Positions 62,479 through 64,000 of a stretch of DNA of 64,000 nucleotides are shown here, one piece after another. The notes beneath the pieces are model-generated. The model was not told the DNA's origin and did no database searches. It worked only from the letters and a program-made list of their open reading frames with translations. The stretch covers positions 55,428,001 to 55,492,000 of the forward strand of contig NC_134478.1 of NCBI RefSeq assembly GCF_964194025.1, written 5' to 3'. Origin of the DNA: Convolutriloba macropyga. Taxonomy: Eukaryota. A program made the translations under genes and the position numbers. Numbering within the stretch: the first letter of the stretch is position 1; each line of letters begins with the position of its first letter.

Positions 62479-64000
62479 AAAAAAATCATTTGAAGCGCGA
62501 AACTAGTTTGATACGTGCGTGGTAAAGTGCTCTCCATCTGGGGAAACTCGTGCATGTTACTAATGATCCGAGTTTGCATCATTGTGGTTCTATCGTCCCT
62601 TCTAACCAAGCACTTGTTCAAAACTGGCTTTAAGAGCAAAGTTCGAATGGAAGTTCGAATGAATTCGAACATTAAACGAGCTTGTTTGAATGATTTTTGG
62701 TCTCATATTAGAGGTCAATAGAGCGTCCAGTACTTGAGTACATTTTGGGTGTCAGGTGCAACTGTTGTGTAAAATGGTTATGTTGGTAATTAATGTTGAA
62801 CCACCCGAGCAACTGAAAACTTGTGTATACAGTGAAGTTACTAACCTTGCCGATCCCTTCTACATTTTGGTTTATATAACCGTTTTGATTCAACCTTAGT
62901 GGGGGGAGAGAACTATATGCTCAACGGGTCTTTTTTTCAGTCAGTGTTGGCCAATTGATATAATCATTGTAGAGAGTTGTAAGTGGTGTCATTAGAAAGC
63001 CCGTGCAGCGTAGAAAATAGAAATTAAAGTTATTTCGTTCTTTCAGGCAGTTACAGAGTGAACATTCGAATGATTTCCGTAGTTTTTGTTCATATTTTCC
63101 AAAAGTTTTGCTCAATTTGTCACCCATTTTGCTCAATGTTCTGTAATTTAAAAACAGCAACTGCCAAAAAAATTGCTTGAAGCGAGAAACTAGTTATTTA
63201 CCTGGTAAATAACTAGTTTCTGTAAATCACTCTCCATCCTCTCCATCCACTCTCCATCCGGGAACCTCAAGCATGCTAAAACTTTTAATGATAGTGTTAT
63301 TGGTTTTGCCTTTAAGCTAGAGGAACTGTTTGATCTGTCCTTTACAGCTCAAATTTTGGCAATTCTTTTTCAAAATTCACTGAAAGTTTGAAAAGTCGAA
63401 TGAAAGTTCGAAAGAATTCGAACTTTAAACAAGTTTAATAGCGCTTTTCTGTCTCCGTTTTCTTGTAGAATTTGAATTTTTGGCCGTATTTGTCGTTCTT
63501 TTTATAGTCGTAGGATATCTTCCGGATAAAGTCATGTCCCAAATAAATGCTTCTTATGGAGGTAAAAAAGAGCCTATTTAATGATTTCATTTGATATGTA
63601 ATGGTTTAATAATTTTGCAAAATGTACTTTTGAACTTAGCCCTTTTGTTCTTTTTGTCAACTTGAAACCTATAGTCTCATTAGGGACAGGTCCCATAAAT
63701 TTTCTAGTGAAGTACATCTTCAATTTCTTTTAGTTGTTTTCATCTGATGCTATTTTTACTTTGAAAATAAGTTTTAGTCCCAATTTATTAAACTTTATCA
63801 AACTAATTTATCAAACTAGGCCATATTTATTTTGTATGATAGTCATACAAGGATCATATATGATTTCCTACAAATCACACAGGGATCATTCAAAAAATTT
63901 CAGAGCCTTAAAACTGTATAATTTAATTTTCTATTGAAGTTGAAAAATTTCTTGAAATCATACAACGTCATATACGACACGCAATCTTGACTAGCGCCAC

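Overview
AT-rich, repeat-dense eukaryotic (animal-like) genomic DNA; the host taxon cannot be determined from this window. The minus strand carries the 5' seven coding exons of a mitochondrial ABC half-transporter (ABCB10-like), from a presequence-like first exon at ~49.5 kb to TM-domain exons running off the left edge. The nucleotide-binding domain lies outside the window. Its ~31-kb second coding intron contains a full-length but decayed 15.5-kb Polinton/Maverick (adintovirus-like) endogenous virus at 9234-24704, with short TIRs, a 6-bp ATTATG TSD and an empty paralogous site nearby. The element encodes pPolB with N-terminal C2H2 fingers, adenain protease, major and minor capsid proteins, packaging ATPase, a retroviral-type integrase and several accessory ORFs. 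The most unusual observation is that the integrase frame begins with a 2A/StopGo-like peptide (LKAGIERHPGP) and a PHD finger, a module typical of non-LTR retrotransposons, and has no C-terminal chromodomain. The window also holds intact tRNA-His(GTG) and tRNA-Gly(GCC) genes, a degenerate tRNA-like tandem array, several Helentron-type (HINE/DINE-1-like) families, Merlin-like and TA-target MITEs, a decayed L2/CR1-group LINE followed by an SGNH-esterase remnant, and GA microsatellite blocks with two assembly gaps. All calls come from manual reading; no searches were run.
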